DNA from: Leucoraja ocellata
Taxonomy: Eukaryota
Length of the DNA stretch: 64,000 nucleotides
Direction of reading: 5' to 3'
NCBI GenBank assembly: GCA_036785375.1
Contig: JAWMAR010000077.1
Coordinates: 248,001-312,000, forward strand
Positions 11,901 to 26,900 of this stretch are shown piece after piece. The notes beneath the pieces are model-generated. The model was given only the letters and a program-made list of their open reading frames with translations, did no database searches and was not told where the DNA came from. The stretch's first letter is position 1, and every line of letters starts with the position of its first letter. Made by a program: the position numbers and the translations under genes.

Positions 11901-14900
11901 TAGGAGCAGAATTAGCCCATTAGGCCCATCGAGTCTACACTATCTTTCCCTCTTAACCCTATTCTGCTAGCTTCTCCCCATAAACTTTGACACCCTTACT
12001 AATCATAGGGTGATTCATTGTTGATCTCCACTTAAAATCACCTAATGCTTTGGCCTCCACAGCTGTCTATGGCAATGAATTCCACATAATCACCACCTTC
12101 TGAATAAAGATAAGACTAAAAGAAAGCACTCTCCTGCAATTGGTTTGCACAAATGTCTTGCAAACAAAATAAAATAGCAGGGCCAAACTAGGTTCTGGTA
12201 AAGCATATTTTATTAAAACAAAAACTGTACATAGATATCTCAGACTGACTTAAGAACATCCTCAAGAGGGAGGGTGAACAGTCGGAAGTAGTTGTGCATG
12301 TAGGCCCAAATTATGTGGGTAAGAAGAGGAAGGAGGTTCTGCAACATGAGTATAGAGAAATAGACAGGAGGCTGAAAAGCAGGACTTCTAGGGTGGTTAT
12401 CTCTGGTTTGCTTCCAGTACGTCATGCTAGTGATGGTAGAAATAGGGAGATAGGGATCTGAATGTGTGGCTGAGGAGTTGGTGCAGAGGGCAGGGATTTA
12501 GATTTCTAGATCTCTGGGATCTCTTCTGGGGCTGGGGTGACCTGTACAAAATGGACGGGTTGCACCTTAATTGGAGGGGCAGGCAGGTTTGCTAGTACTA
12601 CACGGTTGGGTTTAAACTAAACAGTGGAGGGGTGGAGTCAAAAATGTGGAAACGTATGCGTGCAATTAACGGGAAAGAGAGTGTAGGAAAGGTCACGGTT
12701 AAACTAACAGGGCAGGGGGGTGGGAACCAATGCAACGAGATGGAGGGACATAAAAGGATGACAGAAGCAAAAGGTAGAATGGATTAAGAAAAACAAGTCT
12801 GAAAGCTTTGTGCCTTAATGTGAGGAGCATTCGTAATAAAGTGGATGCATTGAATGTGTAGGTAGCAGTTAAGAAATATGATATAGTTGGAATTACGGGG
12901 ATATGTCTCCAGGGTGACGAAGGCTGGGACCTAAACATGCAGGGATATTCAATATTCAGGAAGGATAGACAGAAAGGAAGAGGAGGTGGGGTGGCATTGC
13001 TGTTTAAAGAGGAGATTAATGCAATAGCAAAGAGAGACATTAGCTTGGATGCTGTAGAATCGGTATAGGTAGAACTGCAAAATACTGATGCGTGTAGCAA
13101 AGGTACAGCAGTTTTCATGGGTGACTTTAATCTATATATAGATTGGGCCAACCAAATCCAGCGCTAAGGAGGAGGATTTCCTGGGATGTATATGGGATGT
13201 TTTTTTAAACCGATATGTAGAAGAGCCGACCAGAGGACAGGCCATCCTAGACTGGGTATTGTGTAATGAGGAAGGATTAGGTAACGATTTTGTGCAAAGC
13301 CCCTTGGGCAACACTGACCATAATATGGTGGAATTCATAGGATGGAAAGTGACATGGTTAATTCAGGGACCAGGGTCCTGAATTTAAAGAAAGGAGACTT
13401 TGAAGGCATGAGACTGGCATTGGCTAGGATAGATTGGCAAAATATACTTAAAGGGTTGACGGTGGCAAAGCTTTGAAGACTGCATGGATGAACTCCAAAA
13501 ATTGTTCATCCCTGTTTGGCGAGATAATAAAACGGGGAAGGATAGGGTTAAATCCAAGGAAATTATGGATAGTGTTAAATCAAAGGAAAAGGCATATAAA
13601 TTGGCCAGAGGAAGCAGCTATTTGAAGGACTGGAGGAAATTTAGAACTCAACAAAGGAGGACAAAGGGGTTAATTAAGGGGGAGGGGGAAGCATGAAAGA
13701 AAGCTTGCATGGAATATAAAAACGGACTATAAAAGCTTCTTAAGATATGTAAAATGGAAAAGATTAGTGAAGACAAGTGTAGGCCCCTTACAATCAGAGA
13801 CAAGTGAATTTATAATGGGAAACAAAGAAATGACAGAACACATAAATGAGTACTTTGGTTCTCTAAGGAAGACACAAACAATCTCCTAGAAATACAAGGG
13901 GACTGAGGATCTAGTGGGAGGGACGAACTGAAGGAAATCCACATTAGCCAGGAAATAGTGTTAGATAAACTGTTGGGACTGATGGCAGCTAAATTCCCAG
14001 GGCCTGATGGTCTGCATCCCAGAGTACTCAAGGAGGTAGCCCTAGAGATCGGGGATGCATTGGTGATCATTTTCCAATGTTCTCTCGACTCTGGATCAGT
14101 TCCTGTGCACTGGAGGGTAGCCAATGTAACTCCACTTTTTAAGAATGGAGGGAGTGAGAAAATGGGGAATTATAGATCAGCTAGTGTTACATCAATAGTG
14201 GGGAAGATGCTTGAGTCGATTGTTAAAGATGTTATAGCAGCGCATTTGGAAAGCAGTGACAGGATTGGTCAAAGTCAGCATGGATTTATGAAGGGGAAAT
14301 CATGCATGACCAATTTTCTGGAATTTTTTGAGCATGTAACAAGTAGAATGGATAAGGGAGAGCCAATGGATGTGGTGTGTCTGGACTTTCAAAAAGCCTT
14401 TGACAAGGTCCCACACTAGAGATTAGTGTGCAAAATTAGAGCACACGATATTGGGGGAAGGATATTGATATGGATAGAGAACTGGTTGGCAGACAGGAAA
14501 CAAAGAGTAGGAATTAACGGGTCCTTTTCAGAATGCAGGCAGTGACTAGTGGGGTGCCGCAAGGCTCGGTGCAGGGACCCCAGTTATTTACAATATATAT
14601 ATATTAATGATTTAGATCAGGGAATTAAATGTGACATCTCCAAGTTTGCAGATGACACAAAGCCGGGTGGCAGTGTGAGCTGAGATGAGGATGCTATGAG
14701 GCTTCAGGGTGACGGATAGGTTGGGTGAGTGGGCAGATGCATGGCAGATGCAGTATAATGTGATACCACACCTGGAGTATTGTGTGCAATTTTGGTCTCC
14801 TAATTTGTGGAAGGACATTATTTTTATTGAGGAACAGCGTAATTTCACCAGGTTAATTCCCGGGATGGCGGGACTGATATCTGATGAAAGAATGGGTCGC

Positions 14901-17900
14901 TGGGATTGTATTCACTGGAATTTAGAAAGATGAAAGGGATCTTATTGAAACGTATACAATTCTTAAGTGATTGGACAGGCTAGATGCAGGAAAAATATTC
15001 CCGATGTTGGGAGAGTCCAGAACAAGACGTCACACTTTAAGAATAAGGAGAAGGCCATGTAGGACTGAGATGAGGGAAAACATCTTCATCCAGAGAGTTG
15101 TGAATCTGTGGAATTCTCTGCCACAGAAGGCAGTGGAGGCCATTTCACTGGATGTTTTCAAGAAAGAGTTAGATTTAGTTCTTCGGGCTAAAGGAATCAA
15201 GGGATATGGGCAAAAAGCAGGGTACTGATTTTAGAAGATCGGCCATGATCAAATTGAATGGCGGTGCTGGGTCGAAGGGCTGAATGGCCTACTCCTGCAC
15301 CTATGTTTCTATATTGTAATCAGCATTTGTTTAGTTGAAGTGTTGTGTATGTTTTATATGACCGGATCTGATGTACCATTCCTTTATTTTACAATTTTAG
15401 GTTGTAACCTTGGAGAACTGGACAATTGGAAATGCGATCAATGAAGTTCAACAGGTTACCATCACCAGTCCATGCTGGGACTCTGGTTCCTGCTCATACC
15501 ACTGGTACAGGCTCAGCTACAATGAGGAACACACAGGTATACCAGTGCTGAATGCAACAGTCAAGAAATATAGCCTCAATTAAATCTGTTCACTGTAGAT
15601 TTACAGTATCTTCTCTCGGCACCCACGATCTATGCACTCTTCCAAACCTGGCCACTTGATCATCCTCAAATTTAATCTCGCAGCACGGTAACTATGTCCC
15701 AAGCTCTAGAATTTCCTCCCTAAACGGCAAGAGTTCATTTAAAATCGTGTTAGATCTTCATTATGAAGCTGAGTCTAAATGTCTTTGATAAAGCGTTTAT
15801 AAAACACCTTGAGGTGCTTCACGTGAGTAAAAGCTCAATATAAATTATGTGGGCTGGCAGTTTTCTCCAGGCTTATGTGTAGGATTTTGCTGTCTCCTGC
15901 AGGCTCCATCAGTGAAGGCCTTAAACAATGTGAGCAGGAAGAATGTAACATTCTCGCAGTCCTCTTGAGTTCAAAATTTGAGTGTTGATCCTCTTTGTCC
16001 TTACAAAGCCAAGGACTTTAAGGCTGTTGCCTTGCATCACAGTGAGGAGGTGCCTGGTCGACTCGCTGTGGTGGATGTTAAATCTGTGTTTATTGTGTGT
16101 TTTGTTATTTTATTCGATGTTATGACTGCAAGGCACAAAATTTTGTTCAGACTGAAAAGTCTGAATGACAATAAAGGATACTTTACTTTACATTTGGTAC
16201 CAGGCTTAGTGCAGGGCTGTTGCTGACGATGAGCTTGCTACTTTAAAGAATGCACAACATATTGGTGTCCAGAGTAGGGCAAGGGCACACTGAATGCCTA
16301 TCCAACCATTTATTAGTGCTACAGACACAATAATATGACGATTGGTTTAGCAATTTGGGTATTTGTTCCAATAAATGAGGAGATACTCTTTCCAGATGCA
16401 GGAGGATCTTTACTTTAGACTTTAGACCTCAGAGATACAGTGCAGAAACAGGCCCTTTGGCCCACCAAATCCATGCCAGCCAGCGATCACCCCTTACACC
16501 AGCACTATCATACACAATAGGGACAATTTTACAACTTACCAAAGGCAATTAACCTACAAACCTGCACATCTTTGGAATTCGGAGCTCCAGCAGAAAGCCC
16601 GCATGGTCACAGGAAGACCATACAAACTTCAGTAACTGGACGGAATGAGATTGGCAAAAGAGCAAGAGAGGAAATTAGGTGAATGTTCTTAAGCCGTGAG
16701 GTGTTAGGATCTGAAAACGCAATGGGGGAGGATTCAATAGGAGCTTTCAAGTTGGAACTGGAGAATTGGTGGAAAAAGAATAAATGGGGAAATTTAATTA
16801 ATTGAACCATGTCCATCATAGAGGTGGAGGCCATTTAGCCCTTTGTTATGGTTTATTTCAACAATTTGCATGAGAATGTACAAGGCATGATTATAACTTT
16901 GCAGATGACACTAAAGTGGGCCGTATAGTGGACAGTGAAGATGATTATTAAAAATGTCAGCGGGCACTTGATCAGCTGGTCAGGTGAGCTGAGGAATGGC
17001 TAATGGAGTTTAATGCAGGTGAAAGTGCTGCATTTCGGGAAGTCACACCAGAGCAGGATCTTCACAGTGAATGGCAGGGTCTTTAGGATTGATTTAGGAA
17101 TGCAGGTACATTGTTCCCTGAAAATGACAAGTGAATAGGGTTGTCAAGGAAGCTTTCAGTGCATTCACCTTTATCATTCAGGGCATTGAGTAGAAGTTGG
17201 GATGTTATGTTACAATTGTGCAGCATGTTTGCGAGGTTGCATTTGAAGTATTGTGTTGAATTTCGACCACCTTGCTATTGGAAACTGGAAAAAGCTTCAA
17301 ATTGTTAAGCTGGAAAGAGTGCAAAGATGATTCACAAGGATGTTGCCGGTACATGAGGACCTGAGCTACAGGGAGAGGTTGAGAGACCAGGACATTATTT
17401 CTTATAAGGCAGTAGGTTTAGGGTTGATCTTATAGAGATGTATAAAAACATGAAGAGAATAGATAGGGTGGATGCACAGTCTTTTAACCAGATCAGGAGA
17501 ATAAAGAACCAGATTATATAGGTTTAGGGTGAGAGGGGAAAGATCTAATAGGAATCTGAGGGGCAACTTTTACACATAGATGGTGGTATATGGAACAAGC
17601 TGCCAGAGGAGGTAGTTGAGGCAGCCACTATAACAACATTTCTAGTTGCTTTGAGGACATTTCCTTATTCTGAGTCGTTGACACTCGGCTATTTTCCCTC
17701 TCCCTAGAATTTCTTCCAGCAGATGCTTCAGGCAAACAGATTGAACAGGCTTTAAACGATCTGTGGTCAATTAGACCCGATAACGTGAAAGTGACAAGCA
17801 TGGCAATCACCCAAGGTTTTTCCCACATGGTGACCTTCATATCCACAAGAGGTAAATGGTGCCTCTACTTGTACACCTGTTCTCAATGTCTCTTTCTACC

Positions 17901-20900
17901 AGTAAGCATACTGACCTGCTCTGTCTGACACCTTGTTCCCTCTTTCACACCTTGTTCACAGCTGAGTCTCACAGCGGTCTGTTGTCACCAAGAGGTGTCC
18001 TCATTCTTGTGACCTTGTCGTGCAATCATCCCTTCTCATTCCTGCCCACCTCCCCTAACCTGACTCCTATTTGTTCACACACACCACATACATACACACA
18101 TCACACACATGCATCACGCATGCATACCCTTTAATCCATATGCCACACATGTGTACCACATTGACACACATATACAGATATCCTATACACTCACTCACAG
18201 ATTCACACATACACGCACACGCACACGCACACTCTATCTCTGTCCCAAGTGTCCCTACACATGTCTATTCTTCCTTCACTCACACTTCACACATATATTC
18301 CAACATGGTTGCTCACACACTTCTAATGAATATAAGGTATGTGGATCCCTTGCATCTTTAACACTGTTTTCTGATGTTTTTGTGAAGGGGATTTTGATTT
18401 TCTCCAGCACGAGGTAATGGGAGGAAGTAACATCAGCATTGAAGTGGTAGAACAAGTCCAAGGAAGGCCCAGTATGGATACATTCACATTGAGGCTGGAG
18501 GGGATCAATTCCAGACCCCTTCCATGGGCAGCAACTGTTGATGAGGTGCGTCACAGCTCGCTCTAGTGCACTTGTATTTGTTTGCGATATATTACACCAC
18601 TATACTATGCGTTTTAAAGTTAGTGCAGTGGATGGGAATGATCTGTTGGGTTGGCATGGTGGGGCATAGGCTTGGAGTGATGAGCCACAGGATGCTCCAA
18701 CTCTCTGTGTAGAGTTTCATGGGAAGTTAACGCAGTCGATGTAACCCATGCTGCAACTAGTGGCAATTTGGAAGTCACTAAGCAGGGATCCCAGCCTCTC
18801 TTCTCATTACTGGACAATGTATACGGCAGTAACTACCAGCACAATGAGGTTGACTTTGAGTTGGCCACTAGAGCTTGCACTTTGAGAAACCGATTCAAGC
18901 ATTTCTTGGGAATAGCTTGCCTGGAATGGTGATGATTATTGATTATTGTCTCCTGGTAACTATACTCCAACAAAAAGCCATAACAAGAGGATTTCAGTAT
19001 AGGAGTAAAGAGGTTCTTCTGCAGTTGTATAGGGCTCTGGTGAGACCACATCTGGAATATTGTGTACAGTTTTGATCTCCTAATTTATAGAAGGACATCC
19101 TTGTGATTGAGGCAGTACAGCGTAGGTTCACGAGATTGATCCCTGGAAAGCCGGGACTGTCATATGAGGAAAGATTGAAAAGACTAGGCTTGTATTCACT
19201 GGAGTTTGGAAGGATGAGGCGATATCTTATAGAAACATATAAAATTCTAAAAGGACTGGACAAGCTAGATGCAGGAAAAATGTTCCCAATGTTGGGCGAG
19301 TCCAGAACCAGGGGCCACAGTCTTAGAATAAAGGGGAGGTCATTTAAGACTGAGGTGAGAAAAAATGTTTCACCCAGAGAGTTGTGAATTTATGGAATTC
19401 CCTGCCACAGAGGGCAGTGGAGGCCAAGTCACTGGATGGATTTAAGAGAGAGTTAGATAGAGCTCTAGGGGCTAGTGGAATCGAGGGATATGGGGAGAAG
19501 GCAGGCACGGGTTATTGATAGGAGATGATCAGCCATGATCATAATGAATGGCGGTGCTGGCTCGAAGGGCCGAATGGCCTCCTCCTGCATCTATTTTCTA
19601 TGTTTCTATGTTTCTAAGCCAAGGGCCTGAGGCTGCCCGGCTAAAGGTCAAGGAAGGGTCGTCAATAATCTATCCACTGAAATCTCTCTCCACAGGTCAA
19701 AGTTGCTTTGGATGAACTGATGGGAGTGAAGTGTCCTGAACACATAGCTGGCTACAAGAATGGTTATGCAGTCAAGTATTTCAATGATTTTGAAGAAATG
19801 GTATGTATCCTAAATAGGAATTCATCAATCAATCGAATCACACTTTCAATCAGTTTCACCGAGTCCGGAACACAAATTTCCTGTAGTTTAGAAGCTGAGT
19901 AGTGGTGTCAGTCTCAGGGTGGTGAGTTTGTCTCTGCCAAGGATGGTCTGCGAGATGTAGGGAGGTGAATGTGCAACGGTGTGAAGAGTAGGTGAGTGCC
20001 CCTGGAGGCAGAATATACTGTGGATGCTGGCATCCTGAGAAAAAAACAAAATGCCAGAGGTACTCAGTTGGTCAGGCAACATCTGTGGGTGTACTGGCCA
20101 TTCAGGTCTGAGCTCTTGCTATCCTGCTCAGTGGCACAACTGATAGAACTATTGCCTCACATGGCTAGAGACCTGTGTTCGATCCTTGCATGTTATCTAT
20201 ATTGAGTTTGCATGTACAGCATGGTTCTCCTCCGGGTGCTCCAGTTTCCTCCCAGATCCCAAGGACTATCAGGTTTGTAGGTAAATTGGCCTCTGTAAAT
20301 TGTTCCGTGTGTAGGGTGTGAATGTGAAAGTGGATTAAAAGAACTGCTGTGAATGTGTAAACACAAAATGCTGGAGTAACTCAGTGGGTCAGGCAGCATC
20401 TCTTGAGAAAAGAAATAGATTTTGGGTCGGAACTCTTATTTAGACTACGAAACATCGCCTCTTCCTTTTTTCCAGAGATGCTACCTGACCCGCTGAGTTT
20501 CTCCAGAATTTTGTGTCTGTCTTGGATATAAACCAACATCTGACACATAGTGTGAATGGGTGATCTATGGGCGGTGGGCCATAGGTCCTGCAGCATCTTT
20601 CAATCAATCAAAATCTGACCCTACCCACAAAAGGTCTGAGCTTGTCCTGTTAGAGGGCACCCCATCTCTTCAAGTCTGTGCTCATCCACTTTGATCTATG
20701 ATCTCTTTCTCAACCAGAACCCATCCATCAGACCTGATCCCTCCCACTCCCCCACCCAACCCCCAACCACCAACCCCCCACCCAACTCAAGCCTGCCCAC
20801 CAATCTGAATCCACCCACACCAACTTGAAACCACTCCTCAGACCTAGCCTAAACCCACCCCCCAGATGCACCCATCCTCTCGACCTAATCCCACCCCTCA

Positions 20901-23900
20901 GACCTGAAACCAATTCCTTGACCTACATGCATCCCTCAGATCTGAACGCAACCTTCTGATTTGAACCCATTCCCCAGACCTCAGCCCACCACTAGAGTTG
21001 AATTCCATTTCCTGGATTCTCATTCTAATCCATCAATAGAATGTAATTTGCTTTCCCCCTCTGGGCTTTGCAGGCCTCCACCTCCCACAGTGGCCAGCTG
21101 ACAATGGAGACAGATGCGTTCTGTGGACGATACTCAGTCAAAAACCCCTACTATCTGTTTGGCTATACACAATCGCACCAACCAGTCTTGTTAAACGTCT
21201 ACAAGCAGGTGAGACCGCAGTTACTTTGTTTACTTCCATTTTAATGCGCAATGCTCAATGATCCTTGGTCCTCGACAGTAGAGAAAGAAGTAGAGAACAG
21301 ACCAGACTAGGAGAGACCACTCTGCCCTTCAGTTTGGTCTGTCACTTGATAACATCATGGTTGATCTCCTACATCAACTCTGTTCACCCAGCCTGTATAA
21401 CCCTCGATCCATCCAAAATTCCATCTAGCTAAGCCCCAAATAAACGTAACCACTAAGACACACAGCTGTCTGGAGTAGGAATTCCATTGATTTGCTACCC
21501 TATGCATGAAGAAATGTCTCCACATTCTCCAGGTGAGTGAGGGGGATGGGCGTAGGAGTGACCCCTATGAGAAGTTAATGCATGTGTGAAAGCAGATCTT
21601 ATTCTAAACCCCACTTCTATTATGTTTCCTACATTGCATATGGAACAAATCATTCTGTGCACACTACTGTTGTGCAGTGAGTTACAGGGACTTCCCAGCT
21701 TCCACCCCTGGCTGATCCTTCACTCAATCATTGGCTATCCAATGGTTGCCAAGGGAATGCGATCATCTGTGACAACCCCATAGGCATTTGGTGTCCGGCC
21801 CTCTACATGTGGAAATTGTCAGTGCAGTGGGAAAGGGCAGGAGTGGAGAAGAGGGAAGAGAGTTGGGGAGGAATGGAGGGTAAATCTGAACCAAAATTAT
21901 TGCTTCCCTAAATTGAACTCATGTCTTAAGCACTTTCTCCAAATTCTGAATATACTCAAAAGAAATTCAACGGGCATTCAGGTATAATTCTGATGAACAG
22001 GGGTCAATGGAGATGCATTTTGGCGGAAAATTTCCAAGACTCCCGTTAAAAGTTTGCATGTTTCATTTACATAATTTTTAAACATGAATTGATTTAACTG
22101 GGTCATGGACTTCCTGATTCTTTATTCTGCTCGAGGCTTAATTTCCAGCTATTAGATGTGCGCAGAATATTAAAAAACAGATTCTTAGATAGGAAACACT
22201 GATCAAAATAATGTAGTTAATGTGACTTTAACGATGCTTTCAGCTTTGCTTTGCATATAAAGGAATTCTGAAAGATAATATTCGGCTGTTGCTGAGTTAC
22301 AATGATAAAAGCCAAACAGTTACCCGATATTTTTGGCTGGAATACAGATTTGCTCAAGAGAATCAGTAAGTATTTATCATATTAGGTAATTTGGGGTTAA
22401 TTTATACACTTGATAAACAGTATGCTCCAATCACTATCTGCAATCCTTTCTAAACAAAATTCAAATTTCAATAATAAGGATCTTTCATGTTTAGTTTTTT
22501 TCTATTGGGTCATCTGGCAAAACAAAACTATGTTCGAAAGAAAGGTAAAGGAGGGAGGTCCTGGTCCCAAGTCCAGTAATAAATAGAATGGGGGGTTGCT
22601 TTTCAAACCATCAGAATAATCGAAACAACCAAACAACAAGAGTTACAGTTTCCTTCAGAGTCTATAACTTGTAGTGGAAAAGCAGTGCAGTACCAAAGAT
22701 GTATCACAAATTCTGAGGATCTATCTTTCAGATGTGACATTGAATTGAAGTGCAATCCCATGCCCCTGGACATTGAAACACAAGCTTGTTCTTTTGGATT
22801 CCCAGCCACCATTTACCCCTCAGCCAAGTAAATCACCGCATTCTGACTTGGAAATAATACCTGGGAACTGCATCTTCACTGGCTCTCTCCTGGAACTGCC
22901 TTCCCAACAGCACTGAGAGAATACCTTCACTAGAAGAGCTGAGAGTTTCAAAACTGCACCTGCCCGCACCTTCCTGAGGGCACTTAGGGATAGACAATAA
23001 ATACTGGCCAGGGGCTGAAAAAGATTAGAAAAGTGAACTGGTCAACAAACTGGTTGTGTATCATGGTAGTGCCTGTAGGAACTTGCTGTGTATACATGGA
23101 CTACTGTGCTGCAACAGTTGAGAAATTTCCTCATCAGCTGTAAAGTGCACTGGGATACCCTTTGGAGTATAATCCATGGATACCCTGACCCAACAAAACT
23201 GACCCAATCCCTCCACGATGCACAGAGGGGCATTGGAGATGTCAGAGCTGTGTTTTTGGTGAAGAGCCATGCACGTCACAGAGCAGCAGGTCTCCATGGA
23301 TTTGATGCTCCTTCCCTATGTTTCCATTGTCATTGCTGACCCAGATACCCCTGACTATAATGCACTGAAATCCACAATCCATGGATGCTTTTTTCAGCAT
23401 AGTACTGTCATACATCTGCTTTCTAATAACCCCACATTTCCCCCAAGAAGAGATCATTCTCCTCAATATTCATTTGAAATCTCATTAGATGGGTCATCAG
23501 TTTTCATATTCAGGATACTGCTGTTTTTGTATTGTCATTATTATTGCTTCACACCCTCTCAACCAGCTAGAAGCTTCTCCCTTTATACTTGTGGTTCTGG
23601 TTCTGGTGAGTAGTTGGATTTTGAGGCTGACAGGGAAAACTATGCAGAACTATAATGCGATAATCATGTGCTCCTGCTTCCAGGTGGTCCTACACATGCA
23701 TCAATTTGCTCAGCTCCGTACAGGCTGCATATTCCACAGGGACCAACTTCATGCTAAAATCAATCATACTGTTGAAGAGATCAAACCAGGATTACTTTGT
23801 GGATACCGTGTATATTGGGCAGCACGCTACAACCAGCAGTCAGAAAGGTATTTTGTGTTAAAAACCTGAGTTTCAAACTAATGCGGGCCAAAGCAGCCAT

Positions 23901-26900
23901 GGAATGTAGATTCCAAAAGATTAGAGTCAGGAATATCTGTGTCAGCATTGGGGAAACCAACGCCGACCTTACAAAACCTAGAAAAGGAGCATTAAATCCA
24001 TGGAGTCCTGCTGTTCTCTGTGACGTGCATAGGTCTTCAACAAAAGCACAGGTCCCATGTACCAAATGTTCTTCTAAGCATCCTGGAGGTTGAGGGATTG
24101 GATCAGTTTTATTAGGTCAGCATATCCAGGGCCACACACTGAAGATGGGTAAATGGAATATCAGGCATGATCTGATGGAAAGGTGGGGCAGGCTTGAAGG
24201 GCCTGTTATTTTGCTACACATGTTGTCACATGGTTTGTGGATTGTGACTCCTGTCTGTGACAAGCCATCTGAGCCTGCTGTACCGAGTTGCCATTGATCC
24301 ATATTTGTACACAAGTTACCAGACTTTTCAAATTACCTTGGAAGACATGACTGAAGTGCCTAATTCAAAGTACGACGGCTGAGGCAAAATATTAATGTAA
24401 TACTACTGAAGCAAACATTACTGACTCAGGCCCTTTGGCCCATTGAGTCGGTGCTGACTATCAACCACCCATTTACATTAACCCAACATCCCACTGACAT
24501 TCCCCAAGATTCTACCACACACATAACTTTTTCACACAATATGTAGTGAGAACCTGCATATGGAATAAACTGCCAGAGAAAGTGGTAGAGGTTGGTACAA
24601 TGATGACAACTAAAAGACACTTGGATAGTTACATACATAGGAAATGTTAGACGGGATATTGGCCATGTGCAGGCAAGTGGAACTAGCTCGGTTAGACAAA
24701 TTGTTCAGCATGTGTAAGTTGGGCCGAAGGGCCTGATTCCATGTTGTGTAACTCTATGAATCTATGACATACACACAAGACAATTCACAGCGTCCAATTA
24801 ACATCCTGAGCCGCATGTTTTTGTGAAACCAGAGCACCGTGGGGGAAACCAGACAGAGAGAACGTGCAAATTCCACACAGATTGCATGGAGGCCAAGATT
24901 GAACCAAGTCTCAGGCAGTGTGAGTTTAGTTTAGTTTAGAGATACAGCGCTGAAACAGGCCCTTCGGCCCACCGGGTCCATGCCGACCAGCGATCCCCGC
25001 ACATTAACACTATCTTACACCCACCAGGGAAAGTTTTTCTTTATTTTTTACATTTACTAAGTCAATTAACCTACAAGCCTGCACTTCTTTAGAGTGTGGG
25101 AGGAAACCGAAGATCTTGGAGAAAACCCATGCAGGTCACGGGGAGAACGTACAAACTCTGTACAGACAGCGTTCGTAGTTAGGATCGAACCCGGGTCTCC
25201 GGCGCTGCATTCGCTGTAAGGCAGAAACTCTACCGCTGCGCCACGGTGACTGCCCGTGAGAAGCAGTGGCTCTACTGACTGTGCCAGGACCGTGTGGTTT
25301 AACCAGCATCTGCCGTTCTTGTGTCGACATTATATGGTTTTGTGGTACTGCCCTGTCCAGTGAGTGTAATTTTTAACCCACAGGTCCTCCAGTGAGATCT
25401 CTCCCACCATTGATTGCCAGAGGGATTCTTATTAAGCAGTTCATCGTAACACGAAATGAAGCCTTGAATGACAACTTAACCAATGAGTATGAGATAACCA
25501 TGGTTCCCTTCAACTGTAGCTTCAACATTCCTTTGCTAGAGATTGGTTTTGCTCAGGTCAGTATGACATGGACACTATCGGATCTATAAAGCACAGGTCA
25601 GGATAGTGCAGGGATACTTCCAACCTACTTCTGAGTGTAGCTTAAACAACACTCAGAAACTGCACTTAATTGACACCCACTTAACCACCCTAAACATGCA
25701 CTCCCTCCACCCTGCTGCTCATTTGCTGCAGAACGCCCTTCTACGCAATGCACCACAGTTACTCAGCTACCCTACACTGCATTGGAGGTAGCGCAGGCAT
25801 GATCCAGAAATCTTGCAGACTCTCCACTTCTTGTATGATCTTGCCCCCCTTTGTATGATGCTGTTTTTCCCCCTGTTAGTTCCTGTAATGTGGAGACACT
25901 GAACGAGCACAGGAACCCCAGTACAGCTCCAATTATTTTGGACACCACCTCCAGCCATAACCCACCTAGGAGCTCTGAATACTTTTGGCAGAGGAAGAGG
26001 AGAGTAATGTCACTGTGAGCCAGCAGCTTGGAAAATGGGATTCATTTTAACATGTGCTTGGGACAAGGTTGTGGAATGAGTCTGTCCCTCCTCTCCATGC
26101 ACAGAATCTGCCATGTTTGGGGTGCTCCACACACGGAATGTCCGTTTGAGATGCTCGGCATGTGGAGTGTGTTGCTCCATGGTTAGGGGTGTTTCACACG
26201 TCGCTCGTTGGTTTGAGATGCTATCTTTAATTGGACTTCACTGGACTTTATTTTGCACTATAGTTATTCCCCTTATCATGTATCTGTACATTGTGGATGG
26301 CTCAATTGAAATCATGTATAGTCGTGACACTTGAAGTGTCTCAATAGTTGGTCAAGGGTGTCCGACACGTGGACTCTGCTCCTGGTTGGTTAGGGGTGCT
26401 CCACATGTAGTTAAGGAAGGTTAGTTCCAATGTTGATCCCAGTGTTTTGAACCCTTCGCTCCGAAAGAGAATTCATGGGATTTTCCCCAATATCCCACTG
26501 CATCTTAGTGGGTCCCAGCAGCATCGGTGTAACTGACCACACAGCCTGACCTTCTCATGGGCTTTCCTGCCTGTGTTCAACTGTAGACCAGAAGAAGCCC
26601 CATGGAAGACTAGGATTCCCCATCAGGCGGTCTGACGCCTGCCATGAATATTTTTCAGCTTGAATCCAACGTCACAAAGAATGAAGCCACCTTCCAGGGG
26701 ATCACTTGGCCCAAGGGGTCCTTGATAAGAGTGCGGAGAACACGAACAGCATCTCCCCCCATCACCGGCACTCTGGACATCGAAATCTTCGGCCGACAGT
26801 TGAAAGGTGAGTATTGAGGGATGGGGATTTTTGGAGACCAGCTCTCAATGTGCTTGCCTGCTGGAAGTGCCACTCTGTATGAAGTCCCATGCCACGGGAA

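Noticed and set aside
26110-26410. Imperfect ggggtgctccacac-type repeats
   Set aside because: Degenerate minisatellite with no coding or structural signal.
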